From IMG/VR virus record IMGVR_UViG_3300032007_000001: DNA of 64,000 nucleotides, one strand, 5' to 3'. A model generated the notes under the pieces. It worked only from the letters and a program-made list of their open reading frames with translations, ran no database searches and was not told the origin of the DNA. Position 1 is the stretch's first letter, and each line of letters opens with the position of its first letter. This DNA comes from a virus (Duplodnaviria > Caudoviricetes). The translations under genes and the position numbers were made by a program. Shown in pieces: positions 9,479 through 19,301 of this stretch.

Positions 9479-10333
9479 GTACGAGTAACCAATGTTACGT
9501 TAGAAGGTAATTCTTTAGTTATATATTTTAATGACGGAACAAGGAAAAAACTTGACGAATATGATGAAGAATTTGAGAACCTAAGAACATACTTAAATGA
9601 TAAATTCAGTGAAGTTGAAAATTCTGTTAATAATATAAATTTAACTGTGACAGGCAAATGTGCTAGTGATGAAATAACATTAAGCCCAAATAATAATGTA
9701 AATATTGATATTAGTTCTGTTGATGCAGATACAATCAATGTAACATCTGTAACTGATAATAATAGATATTTAGCACTCGTTGATGGCGTTGGCAATCAGG
9801 AAGTACATAATATCGAAGATTTTTATGTTAATTGTGATAATAAAAAATTATACGTTACAAATATCGAATGTTCTGGAGATATTAAAGGTAATCGTGTATT
9901 TAATGCAGTCTGGAATGACTATGCTGAATTAATGCCTCGAGGAGAAGAAACTGAACCTGGCGATATAATCATGTTAGACCTTAAAACCAAAGATGAACGT
10001 TATATTAAAGCTACAGATAAATTAGGTACAGTAGTAGCTGGTGTTCATTCGGATGAATTTGGTATGCTAATAGGCGGAGAAAAGCCAGTTGATAGTAAAG
10101 ACCTATTAGAGTATAATATAGACAAATATATTCCAATAGCTCTATCCGGCAGAGTTCACGTTAAATTTATCGGTAAAGCTAAGAAAGGAGCTAAAGTAGT
10201 TCCTTCTTCTGAACCTGGATATGGACGTTTATATAATAAAGGAGTAGATGACCCAGATACTATTATTGGGTATTTGGTTGAAGATGATGACAAAACAGAC
10301 AAGAGAAAACTTAAAATTAGAATCACGAGGTAA
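9380..10333 (+). CDS. Tail fibre/spike protein with C-terminal peptidase-G2-like intramolecular chaperone domain
   Basis: RVFNAVWNDYAE, GVHSD.FG..IGG, PIALSGRVHVK. Confidence 0.7.
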   Translation: MAVDLRRLDANGLNYYFKEVGLLYDQKYVSKDEVRVTNVTLEGNSLVIYFNDGTRKKLDEYDEEFENLRTYLNDKFSEVENSVNNINLTVTGKCASDEITLSPNNNVNIDISSVDADTINVTSVTDNNRYLALVDGVGNQEVHNIEDFYVNCDNKKLYVTNIECSGDIKGNRVFNAVWNDYAELMPRGEETEPGDIIMLDLKTKDERYIKATDKLGTVVAGVHSDEFGMLIGGEKPVDSKDLLEYNIDKYIPIALSGRVHVKFIGKAKKGAKVVPSSEPGYGRLYNKGVDDPDTIIGYLVEDDDKTDKRKLKIRITR

Positions 10334-11309
10334 ATTAGACTTAATTATTAAGCCTACACAAGCTTGCAATTTTGCTTGTGAATTTTGTTCTTCTAATGAT
10401 ATTAGTAATAGTAATAATAAAATATTACCATTAGATTTTCTCTGTGATTATATATTAAAAAATAATATTAATAGAATAATAGTAAACGGAGGAGACCCAT
10501 TGATGGTATCTCCCGTTTATTATTTGAAATTGTTGTCTTTCGTAGATGCTAATAAATTGGATGTCCATATATCATTTACTACTAATCTTTGGGATTTTTA
10601 TATTAATCCAAGCAAATGGGTAAATATATTTAAGAATTCTAAAGTTGGTATATGTACAAGTTTTCAATATGGAAATGAAAGAAAACTGAGAGATGGAACT
10701 ATTTTTTCGGAAAAATTATTTGTAAAAGTATTCAATAAATTCAAAGAATTAATAGGATATAATCCAATGTTTATTGTTGTTATTAATAAAAACAATGAAC
10801 ATTTGGCATTAAAACATGTGGAATTAGCCAAAAAATTAAATACAAAATGCAAAATGAATCCAGCATTGGCATCTGGACGAACAACAGAACCTTATCCTTT
10901 ATATAAAATGTACAATATATATGTGGATATTATTAAGCATGGATTATCTGATTATGAATTTAATTCTAAAGAAATAGTAAAATTATATAATAATCAACCC
11001 GCATGTTGTCCATATAGCAGAAATTGTTATAAAGGGATAAGATGCATTGACCCGGACTTAAATATATATACATGCGGAGCTTTTAACGATAATCATAACA
11101 ATAAAGATTATGCTATTCATAGTGGAAATTTTATTGCAAAAGATTATCCTTTTATAAAAAACGAGTGCTTAGCTTGTGAGTTATTCAAATTTTGCAATTC
11201 ATGCTATAAAAATATAGCCGATATTAAAAATTTTAATTTAATAGATGAGCACTGTATTGGTATGAAAAAGATAGGCAAAGAATTATGCAAAGTATGTACA
11301 TTAAATTAA
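10248..11309 (+). CDS. Radical SAM/SPASM protein (start uncertain)
   Basis: CNFACEFC, GGDPL, C-terminal CLACELFKFCNSC. Confidence 0.9.
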   Translation: MTQILLLGIWLKMMTKQTRENLKLESRGKLDLIIKPTQACNFACEFCSSNDISNSNNKILPLDFLCDYILKNNINRIIVNGGDPLMVSPVYYLKLLSFVDANKLDVHISFTTNLWDFYINPSKWVNIFKNSKVGICTSFQYGNERKLRDGTIFSEKLFVKVFNKFKELIGYNPMFIVVINKNNEHLALKHVELAKKLNTKCKMNPALASGRTTEPYPLYKMYNIYVDIIKHGLSDYEFNSKEIVKLYNNQPACCPYSRNCYKGIRCIDPDLNIYTCGAFNDNHNNKDYAIHSGNFIAKDYPFIKNECLACELFKFCNSCYKNIADIKNFNLIDEHCIGMKKIGKELCKVCTLN

Positions 11310-12142
11310 CTGAATCATGCAACTTAAAATGTCCGTTTTGTTATGTTGTTCAGAATAATAATAAAATGACATTAAAAACCGCATTAGAATCAATAGATAA
11401 GTATAATCCTGAAGAAATAATATTTCATGGTGGCGAACCAACATTAGAGAAAAAATTAATATTAAATATCTTAAAAAATAGACCAAATTATAAATATTCA
11501 ATAACAACAAATCTAATGACAAATATTGATAAGGAATTGGAATATATATTAAAAAAATGTTCAGTTGCAACAAGTTATTCATATGATAGATTTATCAATA
11601 AGAATCAATTTGATAAATTTAAGAGTAATTTTAATAAGGTTATTAAAATAAATGATATTACTTTGTTAATAACATTAACACCAAAACAACTGATAAGACC
11701 AACCAAAGAATTATGTAATATTATTAAAGAATTAAATCCTACTAATGTTACATTAGAACGAGTAAGGTTAGATTATATAACTGACATAAATGAATATAAA
11801 AATTTATATAAACTTACTGACGAATATTTGTATGAAATATTTTCTAGAGGTCTAATACCAATAGAAAAGAACAATCTATACAAAATGATAGTTAAATCAA
11901 TTAAAACCAATACACCAGTTTTTAGTAATTGTAATGTAATAACTGTTAACCCAGATGGGTCTGTTATTAATTGTCCAAATGGACCATTAGAAAAGAAAAG
12001 ATTAAAGGAATGTATTACTTGTAATATATATCAATATTGCAAAAATGATTGCCAGAGTTTTTCATCATTGGCATGTAGTTTTCCTATTAAAACTGTAAGC
12101 TTTGTAAAGGAGGCGCTGTATAATGGCAGTAACGAAAGATAA
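11285..12142 (+). CDS. Radical SAM/SPASM protein
   Basis: CNLKCPFC, FHGGEP, NPDG...C, CITCNIYQYCKNDC. Confidence 0.9.
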   Translation: MQSMYIKLTESCNLKCPFCYVVQNNNKMTLKTALESIDKYNPEEIIFHGGEPTLEKKLILNILKNRPNYKYSITTNLMTNIDKELEYILKKCSVATSYSYDRFINKNQFDKFKSNFNKVIKINDITLLITLTPKQLIRPTKELCNIIKELNPTNVTLERVRLDYITDINEYKNLYKLTDEYLYEIFSRGLIPIEKNNLYKMIVKSIKTNTPVFSNCNVITVNPDGSVINCPNGPLEKKRLKECITCNIYQYCKNDCQSFSSLACSFPIKTVSFVKEALYNGSNER

Positions 12143-12704
12143 TGTTATATCGTTATCAGAACTTTGTAATTACATAAATACCAATGTAGTAGATTATATA
12201 CAATCTCAAATACAATACTATAAAGAAAATCCTCCTCCGAATTTTAGTGGTAATGAAGATTATCTTCATTCTGGAACAACATTAGAAACCTTAACTCCAG
12301 ATATTATTACTAATTCAAATGATAAAATTAGTTTTAACGTATTGTATGAAAAATTGCAGCAATTATTTAAGAATTGGGCATTAGTAAGAATAATTGCTCA
12401 TACATATTATGTTGGTAATAATACAAATGGTGGAACAATAACTTATACTAGTAATGAATATTCCGGATATGCTTATTTAACAACAGACCCAAAAGATAAT
12501 TCTCTTACATTAACCAATTTGTTAAATACTAAAATAACCACAGACCATCTATCAAATATAGTATCAAAAATTAAAAATAGATGGTTTACAGTAGCGTCTG
12601 CTGACCAACAAAATACAGATACAACCAATTGTCATACGAATTGCCACAGCAGTTGTCACAGCAGCTGTCACAGTAGTTGTCATGGGAGTAGTGGTGGCTG
12701 GTGA
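12123..12704 (+). CDS. Protein with C-terminal (CHxx)5 repeat; candidate modification substrate
   Basis: Ends NCHTNCHSSCHSSCHSSCHGSSGGW; GGAGG RBS; lies between rSAM genes. Confidence 0.75.
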   Translation: MAVTKDNVISLSELCNYINTNVVDYIQSQIQYYKENPPPNFSGNEDYLHSGTTLETLTPDIITNSNDKISFNVLYEKLQQLFKNWALVRIIAHTYYVGNNTNGGTITYTSNEYSGYAYLTTDPKDNSLTLTNLLNTKITTDHLSNIVSKIKNRWFTVASADQQNTDTTNCHTNCHSSCHSSCHSSCHGSSGGW

Positions 12705-13441
12705 TTAATATGAATGAGAATATTATTAAGACACAGATACCTTTTGATGATGAACTGCTTGACAAATGCTTAAATGATGACGATGGTTCTTTATATGTCA
12801 TTGAATTTGATAAAAGCCAATATAAAGATGTTCGTTTTTTGAACTATATATATAATTTGGAATTAAAAAATTTTATAGTAAATTTTCAAAACCTAAGTAC
12901 AGAATTGTCAGATATTTTGATTGAATATATAACTATCAACAAAATACTGAGCGTTGACATATTTAACAGAATATGGATAAATGTATTGGAAAAACATTTA
13001 TTTAATAAACATTATGATAATGAACAATATGATGCATTTTTAAGTGAATTTATCAATAAAAATCATAACATCATAGAAGAATTATCAATAATATTATGTT
13101 CTCTTAAGTCTTATTTGTTGCAATTTACTTTTAATAAAAATTTTGATATAACCAAATACTTAAATAATAGTGAAGAATTCAAACAAATAGGTATTAATTT
13201 AGTATCATTAAGAAATTCAATAACGTTTTGGAATTTATTTGAAGAACTTGATAATGCTAAAAACATAAATATCAAAAAATATAAGAATTTTTATAACAAT
13301 TCATTTGAAGGATATAATATAGATAAGTATTTTCTTAAAGAATTCAACCCATTGGGATTAATATTTACAATGTCAAATGATAATTATAAGCAACTTAATG
13401 ATTTTACAAAGGAATTAAAATGTACGTTTACATCAGATTAA
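12701..13441 (+). CDS. Hypothetical protein in the rSAM operon
   Basis: ORF overlapping both neighbours. Confidence 0.7.
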   Translation: MINMNENIIKTQIPFDDELLDKCLNDDDGSLYVIEFDKSQYKDVRFLNYIYNLELKNFIVNFQNLSTELSDILIEYITINKILSVDIFNRIWINVLEKHLFNKHYDNEQYDAFLSEFINKNHNIIEELSIILCSLKSYLLQFTFNKNFDITKYLNNSEEFKQIGINLVSLRNSITFWNLFEELDNAKNINIKKYKNFYNNSFEGYNIDKYFLKEFNPLGLIFTMSNDNYKQLNDFTKELKCTFTSD

Positions 13442-14334
13442 CTGAAAAATGTAACTTAAATTGTGAACATTGTTTTAACAATATTAGAACTAATAAAATT
13501 ATAGATTTTGATAAATTAAAAGTTGTTCTTACCAACTTGAATAAAAGATTCAATAATAATATTTTTATAATTCATGGTGGAGAACCACTTTTGGTGAACA
13601 CAAAAGACATAATAAAATTAATCAACGATTTTCCAAATAATAAATGGCAAATTACAACGAATCTGATTTATGATTTAACAGATGATATGATAAGTTTGTT
13701 CAAACTCATAAATATATTAAGAATTTCGTTTGATATAAAAATCAGATTCAATAATTTTAGAAATTTACATACATGGGTTAAAAATATCAAAATATTGAAA
13801 CAAAATAATATTGACATTAACTTAAACTTGTGTTTAACGAAATATTTGATTAATCATAGTATTAGCAGTTTCATTAATTTTATAAATAGATTGGACACAA
13901 AAACATATAGATTAGAAATTCTTAGATATCATGGAAATGTTAATTGTAAAAGTCAATTTGTTATTAATAATAATCAAATAGACGATTGGATTTTTGATTT
14001 ATATAAATATGATAAAACTGATAATAGATGCATTAACATACAAGAAATAAAACATTGTATAAATAGTAAAAATAGTTTTTATAAAACCTGTTGTAATAAT
14101 ACATTAACTATTAATAGTGACTTAAGTATTGGTAATTGTCCAGCATATACGAGCAATAATTCAAAATTATTGTTGGATGAAATTTTACATAATCATAGAA
14201 AAATTCGTAATGAATGCTTAATATGTGATTATTACCAATATTGTCGTGGTTGGTGTAATAAAATGAATTGGACTAATAACATATGTCCTTTTCCAAAGAA
14301 ATTAGCTAATGAAATACTGGAGGGTATGAAATGA
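13420..14334 (+). CDS. Radical SAM/SPASM protein
   Basis: CNLNCEHC, HGGEPL, CLICDYYQYCRGWC. Confidence 0.9.
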   Translation: MYVYIRLTEKCNLNCEHCFNNIRTNKIIDFDKLKVVLTNLNKRFNNNIFIIHGGEPLLVNTKDIIKLINDFPNNKWQITTNLIYDLTDDMISLFKLINILRISFDIKIRFNNFRNLHTWVKNIKILKQNNIDINLNLCLTKYLINHSISSFINFINRLDTKTYRLEILRYHGNVNCKSQFVINNNQIDDWIFDLYKYDKTDNRCINIQEIKHCINSKNSFYKTCCNNTLTINSDLSIGNCPAYTSNNSKLLLDEILHNHRKIRNECLICDYYQYCRGWCNKMNWTNNICPFPKKLANEILEGMK

Positions 14335-15551
14335 TAATAAATATATTTGAGAAGCCATTCAGTAAAACGGAATTTAAGAAATTTGACGATAACGTTGATT
14401 TTACAAATGGCAAGATAAATAATTATAATGCTATAATCAACGATGATATGATACTTATAAATTCAGAATGGTATAATTCGGATGAAACTACAACAACGGC
14501 ATTGTATAATAAATCATCTGATATTAAAACCTCAAACAATTATATTGAAATTGATAATGTAATTTGTAAAAATATTCCTACTTTTGGTGTAACTCTTGAA
14601 GACAATTTTAATATATTGCAATTCAATTTAACTAGAGAAGAAGTTAATAATAGCAACGTAATGTCATCAATCATTAAACATAGAGGTTGTTTAATGTTTT
14701 GGGACACTAACAAAAAATATAATTATTCTAGTAAAGAAATTGATGAAAATAAATTAAAAGAATTAGTTGCTATATATAAGAAACAAGGATATATTGCACC
14801 ATTAGTTTTGTATGCAGATAAGGATTTTATTAGACCCTATTATCATGATTATATTATCTACTTGTATAAAGTACTTAATTTAGATATTCTACCAGTTCGT
14901 ATCATAACATATAAAGATATAAGATACATTAAAAATATTGATGAATTAATATATAATAAAATCAAATCGATACAAAGCAATAAATACTATGAAGCTGTTG
15001 ATAATGAAGACATGTCGCCTTACATGATATCAAATTACAGCAATAAAAGAGATATTATAAAAAAATATCTCAATGGTCAGTTTAACAACTTGCAATTCGA
15101 TGATTTGCATGAATTTTTGCCTTATGTTTTTAACGACGAAAAAGAAAACTTAAATAAAAATTTAATAACGAATGTAATGAATCATGATTTTTCTAAATAT
15201 TTCTACTTAAAAAATGGAAAACAATTTTATAGTATGTCATTGAGTGAGTCACTATTTAATTATCTTAATGGACATTTAGATACTAAAGAAATTAGTATTA
15301 CAGAAGACCAGATAATTAAAAAATTTCCAAAATTTGAAATAAAAAAAATAATTGACTTTGACCCATCTTTGCTTGCATTAGATTATTTTGATTATAATAT
15401 CAACAACGAAATAATTGGTGAGATTAGTAAACAATTTGGTAGAAATTGTTTATATGAAGAATCGCCAAATGCATTAATAGACTTTCATGTATTAAACGAT
15501 TTATTAAATGGTTCTGAAACCAAAATAAAAATTCTTAAAATAAAGAAATGA
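14331..15551 (+). CDS. Hypothetical protein in the rSAM operon
   Basis: 406-aa ORF, ATGA overlap; weak ParB/Srx-like segment GYIAPLVLY...LPVRI. Confidence 0.65.
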   Translation: MIINIFEKPFSKTEFKKFDDNVDFTNGKINNYNAIINDDMILINSEWYNSDETTTTALYNKSSDIKTSNNYIEIDNVICKNIPTFGVTLEDNFNILQFNLTREEVNNSNVMSSIIKHRGCLMFWDTNKKYNYSSKEIDENKLKELVAIYKKQGYIAPLVLYADKDFIRPYYHDYIIYLYKVLNLDILPVRIITYKDIRYIKNIDELIYNKIKSIQSNKYYEAVDNEDMSPYMISNYSNKRDIIKKYLNGQFNNLQFDDLHEFLPYVFNDEKENLNKNLITNVMNHDFSKYFYLKNGKQFYSMSLSESLFNYLNGHLDTKEISITEDQIIKKFPKFEIKKIIDFDPSLLALDYFDYNINNEIIGEISKQFGRNCLYEESPNALIDFHVLNDLLNGSETKIKILKIKK

Positions 15552-15556
15552 GTTAA

Positions 15557-16378
15557 ATGTTCATAAACACATTAAGCAAAATTATATTTATTAATAAGAG
15601 TTCCGAACCAAAAATTAAAATATGTAAATTTTTGAGTTATAGTTATTTAGAAGATTATAAAAAACTAAAAAAGTCATATCCAACAATTGAATTTTTATAT
15701 AAAGATTTATTAAAGCAAAGTAGAATTTATAATAAATTCAATAACTATCACATATTCATATTTGATAATGATGATTTTATCAATGCGTTAATTGATTACT
15801 GCGTATTATTACAATTGGATAAAACTGCATTGGATAAAATGATAGAATATTCAAATGTTTGCGAAATGTATGAAGAAAATCATCAATATTTCATTTCTGT
15901 ATATGATGAAGATTTTATATTAGATACCAGTAAAATTGTACTCAATAAATCAAAGATACATATTAAAGATTTATCAATGTTTCCAGCAGAATTTTTTGTT
16001 AATTGTATGGATAATAATATTGCTATACAAAAATACTCTAGAATGAGATTATTTGATTTATACATCACTATAAAAGACTTACAATATTTATTAATAAAAG
16101 AAAATAAAAGTATTCCAAAAGAACTTCAATGTTTTGGAAACAGTGACCAAACAACCTTATTATTGGAAAATAATGATATATTTAATAATGTTATAAAAAC
16201 ATTAAACGAATACAATGTTGATACAAATAAATTTACTTGTCCAATCAATAAGTACTTGGACTTAAATCCAAATTTTGGATACGATAGGTATTTCATGACA
16301 AAATATAATTATATGTTGGCTAAATACTTAAAATCTATTAATTATAGGATAACACAATATGTTGCGAAAAGATTATGA
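15557..16378 (+). CDS. Hypothetical protein in the rSAM operon
   Basis: 273-aa ORF. Confidence 0.65.
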   Translation: MFINTLSKIIFINKSSEPKIKICKFLSYSYLEDYKKLKKSYPTIEFLYKDLLKQSRIYNKFNNYHIFIFDNDDFINALIDYCVLLQLDKTALDKMIEYSNVCEMYEENHQYFISVYDEDFILDTSKIVLNKSKIHIKDLSMFPAEFFVNCMDNNIAIQKYSRMRLFDLYITIKDLQYLLIKENKSIPKELQCFGNSDQTTLLLENNDIFNNVIKTLNEYNVDTNKFTCPINKYLDLNPNFGYDRYFMTKYNYMLAKYLKSINYRITQYVAKRL

Positions 16379-17189
16379 ACATATAGAAAAAACATTTTTT
16401 TCTATTAAAAATGAACCAATAGGATATAGTTATCCAGATATGTATTCTGCTTATAAAAATTTTTCAAAAAATTTTAATATACCTATAGGCAATTTTATAT
16501 TAACAAATGGTTGCGAAAATGCCATTAGGATATTATTATCTTTATTCTCTAAAGAAATAACTACAGAAAAACCTCTTTTAATAGAAAAACCAGGGTGGGA
16601 ATTAGTATCTGTATTAGCATATGCTATGGATATACCTTATAAATTCTATTATTATGATAATGAATTTAAGACTAATTATGATAAAACTCATATAGTTTAT
16701 ACGACAGATACTTATAATAATGTAATCAAACATGAGTTTCCATCTGGTGAAGCAGATATTTATATAATAGATGAATCTTATACGATGAAACATTATTTTA
16801 ATGAAATACAAATACAAGATAATCACATAATCATTGGGTCATTTAGTAAGTTGGTTGACCCAGGTATAAGATTAGGATATATATTGTTTTCAGATAAATA
16901 TAGAGATAAAATGAATTTGTTAAGAGAGCAATATGTTAATAAAAATGCAGTAGATATATTAAAAAATTTATTTATAAAAAAGCCAGATTTTACAAAACCC
17001 AAAATTGAAAATAGCGAATTAATTGTGGCTTCACATTCTACTTATCTTACATTAAAAATTAATGATTTCCCGCTCAGTCATAAAAAATTTTCAATAAACA
17101 ATATTAATTACTGTAGAATAGGTAGACTTTCTGATAAATCTCAGGAGGTACTATTATTAAATGACATACTCAGAAACATTAAAGAATAG
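16359..17189 (+). CDS. PLP-dependent aminotransferase, class I/II (HisC-like)
   Basis: YPD, LTNGCENAI, IIDESY, GSFSK....GIRLGY. Confidence 0.85.
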   Translation: MLRKDYEHIEKTFFSIKNEPIGYSYPDMYSAYKNFSKNFNIPIGNFILTNGCENAIRILLSLFSKEITTEKPLLIEKPGWELVSVLAYAMDIPYKFYYYDNEFKTNYDKTHIVYTTDTYNNVIKHEFPSGEADIYIIDESYTMKHYFNEIQIQDNHIIIGSFSKLVDPGIRLGYILFSDKYRDKMNLLREQYVNKNAVDILKNLFIKKPDFTKPKIENSELIVASHSTYLTLKINDFPLSHKKFSINNINYCRIGRLSDKSQEVLLLNDILRNIKE

Positions 17190-17958
17190 ATATAAAATTA
17201 ATAATAATGATAATGAAATAGATTGCTTAAAAACTATATGTATTAATGTAACAGACTATTGCAACTTAAAATGTTCTTATTGCCCGCACGGGCATTCTTT
17301 TAATAGTAAAGAACATATTATGAATCTAAATACATTGGACAAATTAATAGAAAGACTTAATGAACTTAACTATAAAAATAGATTAACTATATCTGGATTT
17401 GGAGAACCAATGCTTCATCCATATATAGATATAATTATAAATAAACTGAAAAAATTTAATGTAGAAATATTAACAAATGGGTTAGTGGTTCCTAAGAATA
17501 AAACATCAATATTGAAAAACGCTAACAAAATAATTGTTAGCGTTCATAACATAAATGATTTAGATAAAATAAAAGAATTTTGGCCAAATGCAATAATAAG
17601 AAATCATGATATTGCTGATAAAAATTGCGAATTAATAGTAACGAATAGAGCTGGGTACTTAAACGATAAATATATAGATAATATATGTTCTTGCCCTTTT
17701 TACAAAATGTTTATAGATTATGACGGTTCGTATTTATTGTGTGCTGATGATTTCAAAAGAAAATCATTTCATAATCAAGTAAACATATTTAATCTATCAA
17801 TTAAAGATTATTTCATCAATTGCTTAAAAACAACCAAAATTAATATGCTTAATAGTAGAAAACTAATCGAGCCTTGTAATAAATGCAATATTAATGGAAC
17901 TGTATACGGATTAGATATAATTGAAAAATTCAAAAAAGAGGTATTAAAAATTGGATAA
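17161..17958 (+). CDS. Radical SAM protein with SPASM/twitch domain
   Basis: CNLKCSYC, GFGEPMLH, CSCPF...IDYDG..LLC, CNKC. Confidence 0.9.
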   Translation: MTYSETLKNRYKINNNDNEIDCLKTICINVTDYCNLKCSYCPHGHSFNSKEHIMNLNTLDKLIERLNELNYKNRLTISGFGEPMLHPYIDIIINKLKKFNVEILTNGLVVPKNKTSILKNANKIIVSVHNINDLDKIKEFWPNAIIRNHDIADKNCELIVTNRAGYLNDKYIDNICSCPFYKMFIDYDGSYLLCADDFKRKSFHNQVNIFNLSIKDYFINCLKTTKINMLNSRKLIEPCNKCNINGTVYGLDIIEKFKKEVLKIG

Positions 17959-18364
17959 TAGAAAAATAGGCAAATTTAAGGATATGTTTTATTTAATAGA
18001 TGAAAAAATTAGAAAGAATGTATTTAAGTTAAATCAAGCTGGATTTGTTACTTTTACAAGCAGTCAGGGAAATAATATAGAATTACCAAAAATTGGGATA
18101 GTATGTAAATCGTTATATGAAGCAAATGAAATAATAAAATTAATTGATACAAATAAAACAAATATATGGTATGAATTGTCAAATAGATGGTATAAAGAAA
18201 ATCCAATGTGTTGTAACGAAATAAATTATGATAATCAAACTAATTGTGATAATATATGTAAACCGTTCGATTTAGATTGGGACAGATGCTATTTTTTATT
18301 ATTTAAGGCTAAAACATTGAAAGAATTAGATGATTTGACCGATTTTCTAATTAAGAAGGAATAA
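17951..18364 (+). CDS. Hypothetical protein with TYW3-like N-terminal motif
   Basis: IDEKIRKNVFKLNQAGFVTFTSSQG. Confidence 0.5.
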   Translation: MDNRKIGKFKDMFYLIDEKIRKNVFKLNQAGFVTFTSSQGNNIELPKIGIVCKSLYEANEIIKLIDTNKTNIWYELSNRWYKENPMCCNEINYDNQTNCDNICKPFDLDWDRCYFLLFKAKTLKELDDLTDFLIKKE

Positions 18365-18366
18365 TA

Positions 18367-19269
18367 ATGAAATCAGATTGTTTATATGGTCATAAAATAA
18401 CTGTTGGATATAATTGCAAAGGTCAAGATTTTTTTGATATATTATCTTTTTATAAGAAATATATAGAAGAATTCTATTTTTCTTTTAGGCATACTATGCC
18501 CAAAACACCATTAGATTTAAGTATTATTTATAATCAATTAAAAGATTCAGAACAATATGATATTCCTTCTAATTTGTTATTAAATACAGAACAAGAAGAA
18601 TTGGAATGGGAATATCTTATTAATAAAGCTTATGAATGTACAAAATTGCAAGCTGTGTCTGTATTAAATATAAAAACTGCTAAAATTATAAAAGAAAAAT
18701 TTCCAAATATAAAAATTCACATATCTACTCATGGTGCGCAATATATTGATATTAAAGAATTAGATAAAAACTTAATTTATTGTGTTAATGTGAATGAACC
18801 GGCAATTTATACAGAACAACAACAAAATGTTATTAAAAAATGTAAAAAAATTGGAATTAAACTTAAGCATATAACTAATAGAGGCTGTATTTTTAATAAA
18901 CACGATTTTATGTCTCGTTTAACTGGGAAAAATATAATGTGTTGCAATGGATATCAATGCAAAAAAATATTGAAAGATTATCCATGGGTAGATTTAATTA
19001 GAACGAATTTATATAAAGAACAATTAAAATATCTTAATTTTGATTTTATTAAACTTTCTACTAGGGAAAGAACAAATGAAGAAATTAGTATGATGCTTAA
19101 ATATTGGACAAATCCAAAAATATCTACTGCTCATTTGTCGAATATTTATATATCAGAAAATAAATATCCAATTTTCTTAGAATGGTGTAAACAAAGATTT
19201 ATTTGTAATGGAAATTGCATAACTTGTAATATATGTAAAGAATACTATAAAAAATTAAAAGAAAATTAA
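18367..19269 (+). CDS. U32-family (UbiU/TrhP-like Fe-S) protein
   Basis: IHISTHG, ITNRGC, FIKLSTRE, C-terminal CNGNCITCNIC. Confidence 0.7.
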   Translation: MKSDCLYGHKITVGYNCKGQDFFDILSFYKKYIEEFYFSFRHTMPKTPLDLSIIYNQLKDSEQYDIPSNLLLNTEQEELEWEYLINKAYECTKLQAVSVLNIKTAKIIKEKFPNIKIHISTHGAQYIDIKELDKNLIYCVNVNEPAIYTEQQQNVIKKCKKIGIKLKHITNRGCIFNKHDFMSRLTGKNIMCCNGYQCKKILKDYPWVDLIRTNLYKEQLKYLNFDFIKLSTRERTNEEISMMLKYWTNPKISTAHLSNIYISENKYPIFLEWCKQRFICNGNCITCNICKEYYKKLKEN

Positions 19270-19301
19270 ATCATAAATATTGTTATACGTTAAGAGGGAT
19301 T

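Noticed and set aside
12630-12689. CRISPR or neutral tandem repeat
   Set aside because: 12-bp coding units with synonymous variation and no spacers; no CRISPR array noticed anywhere in the window
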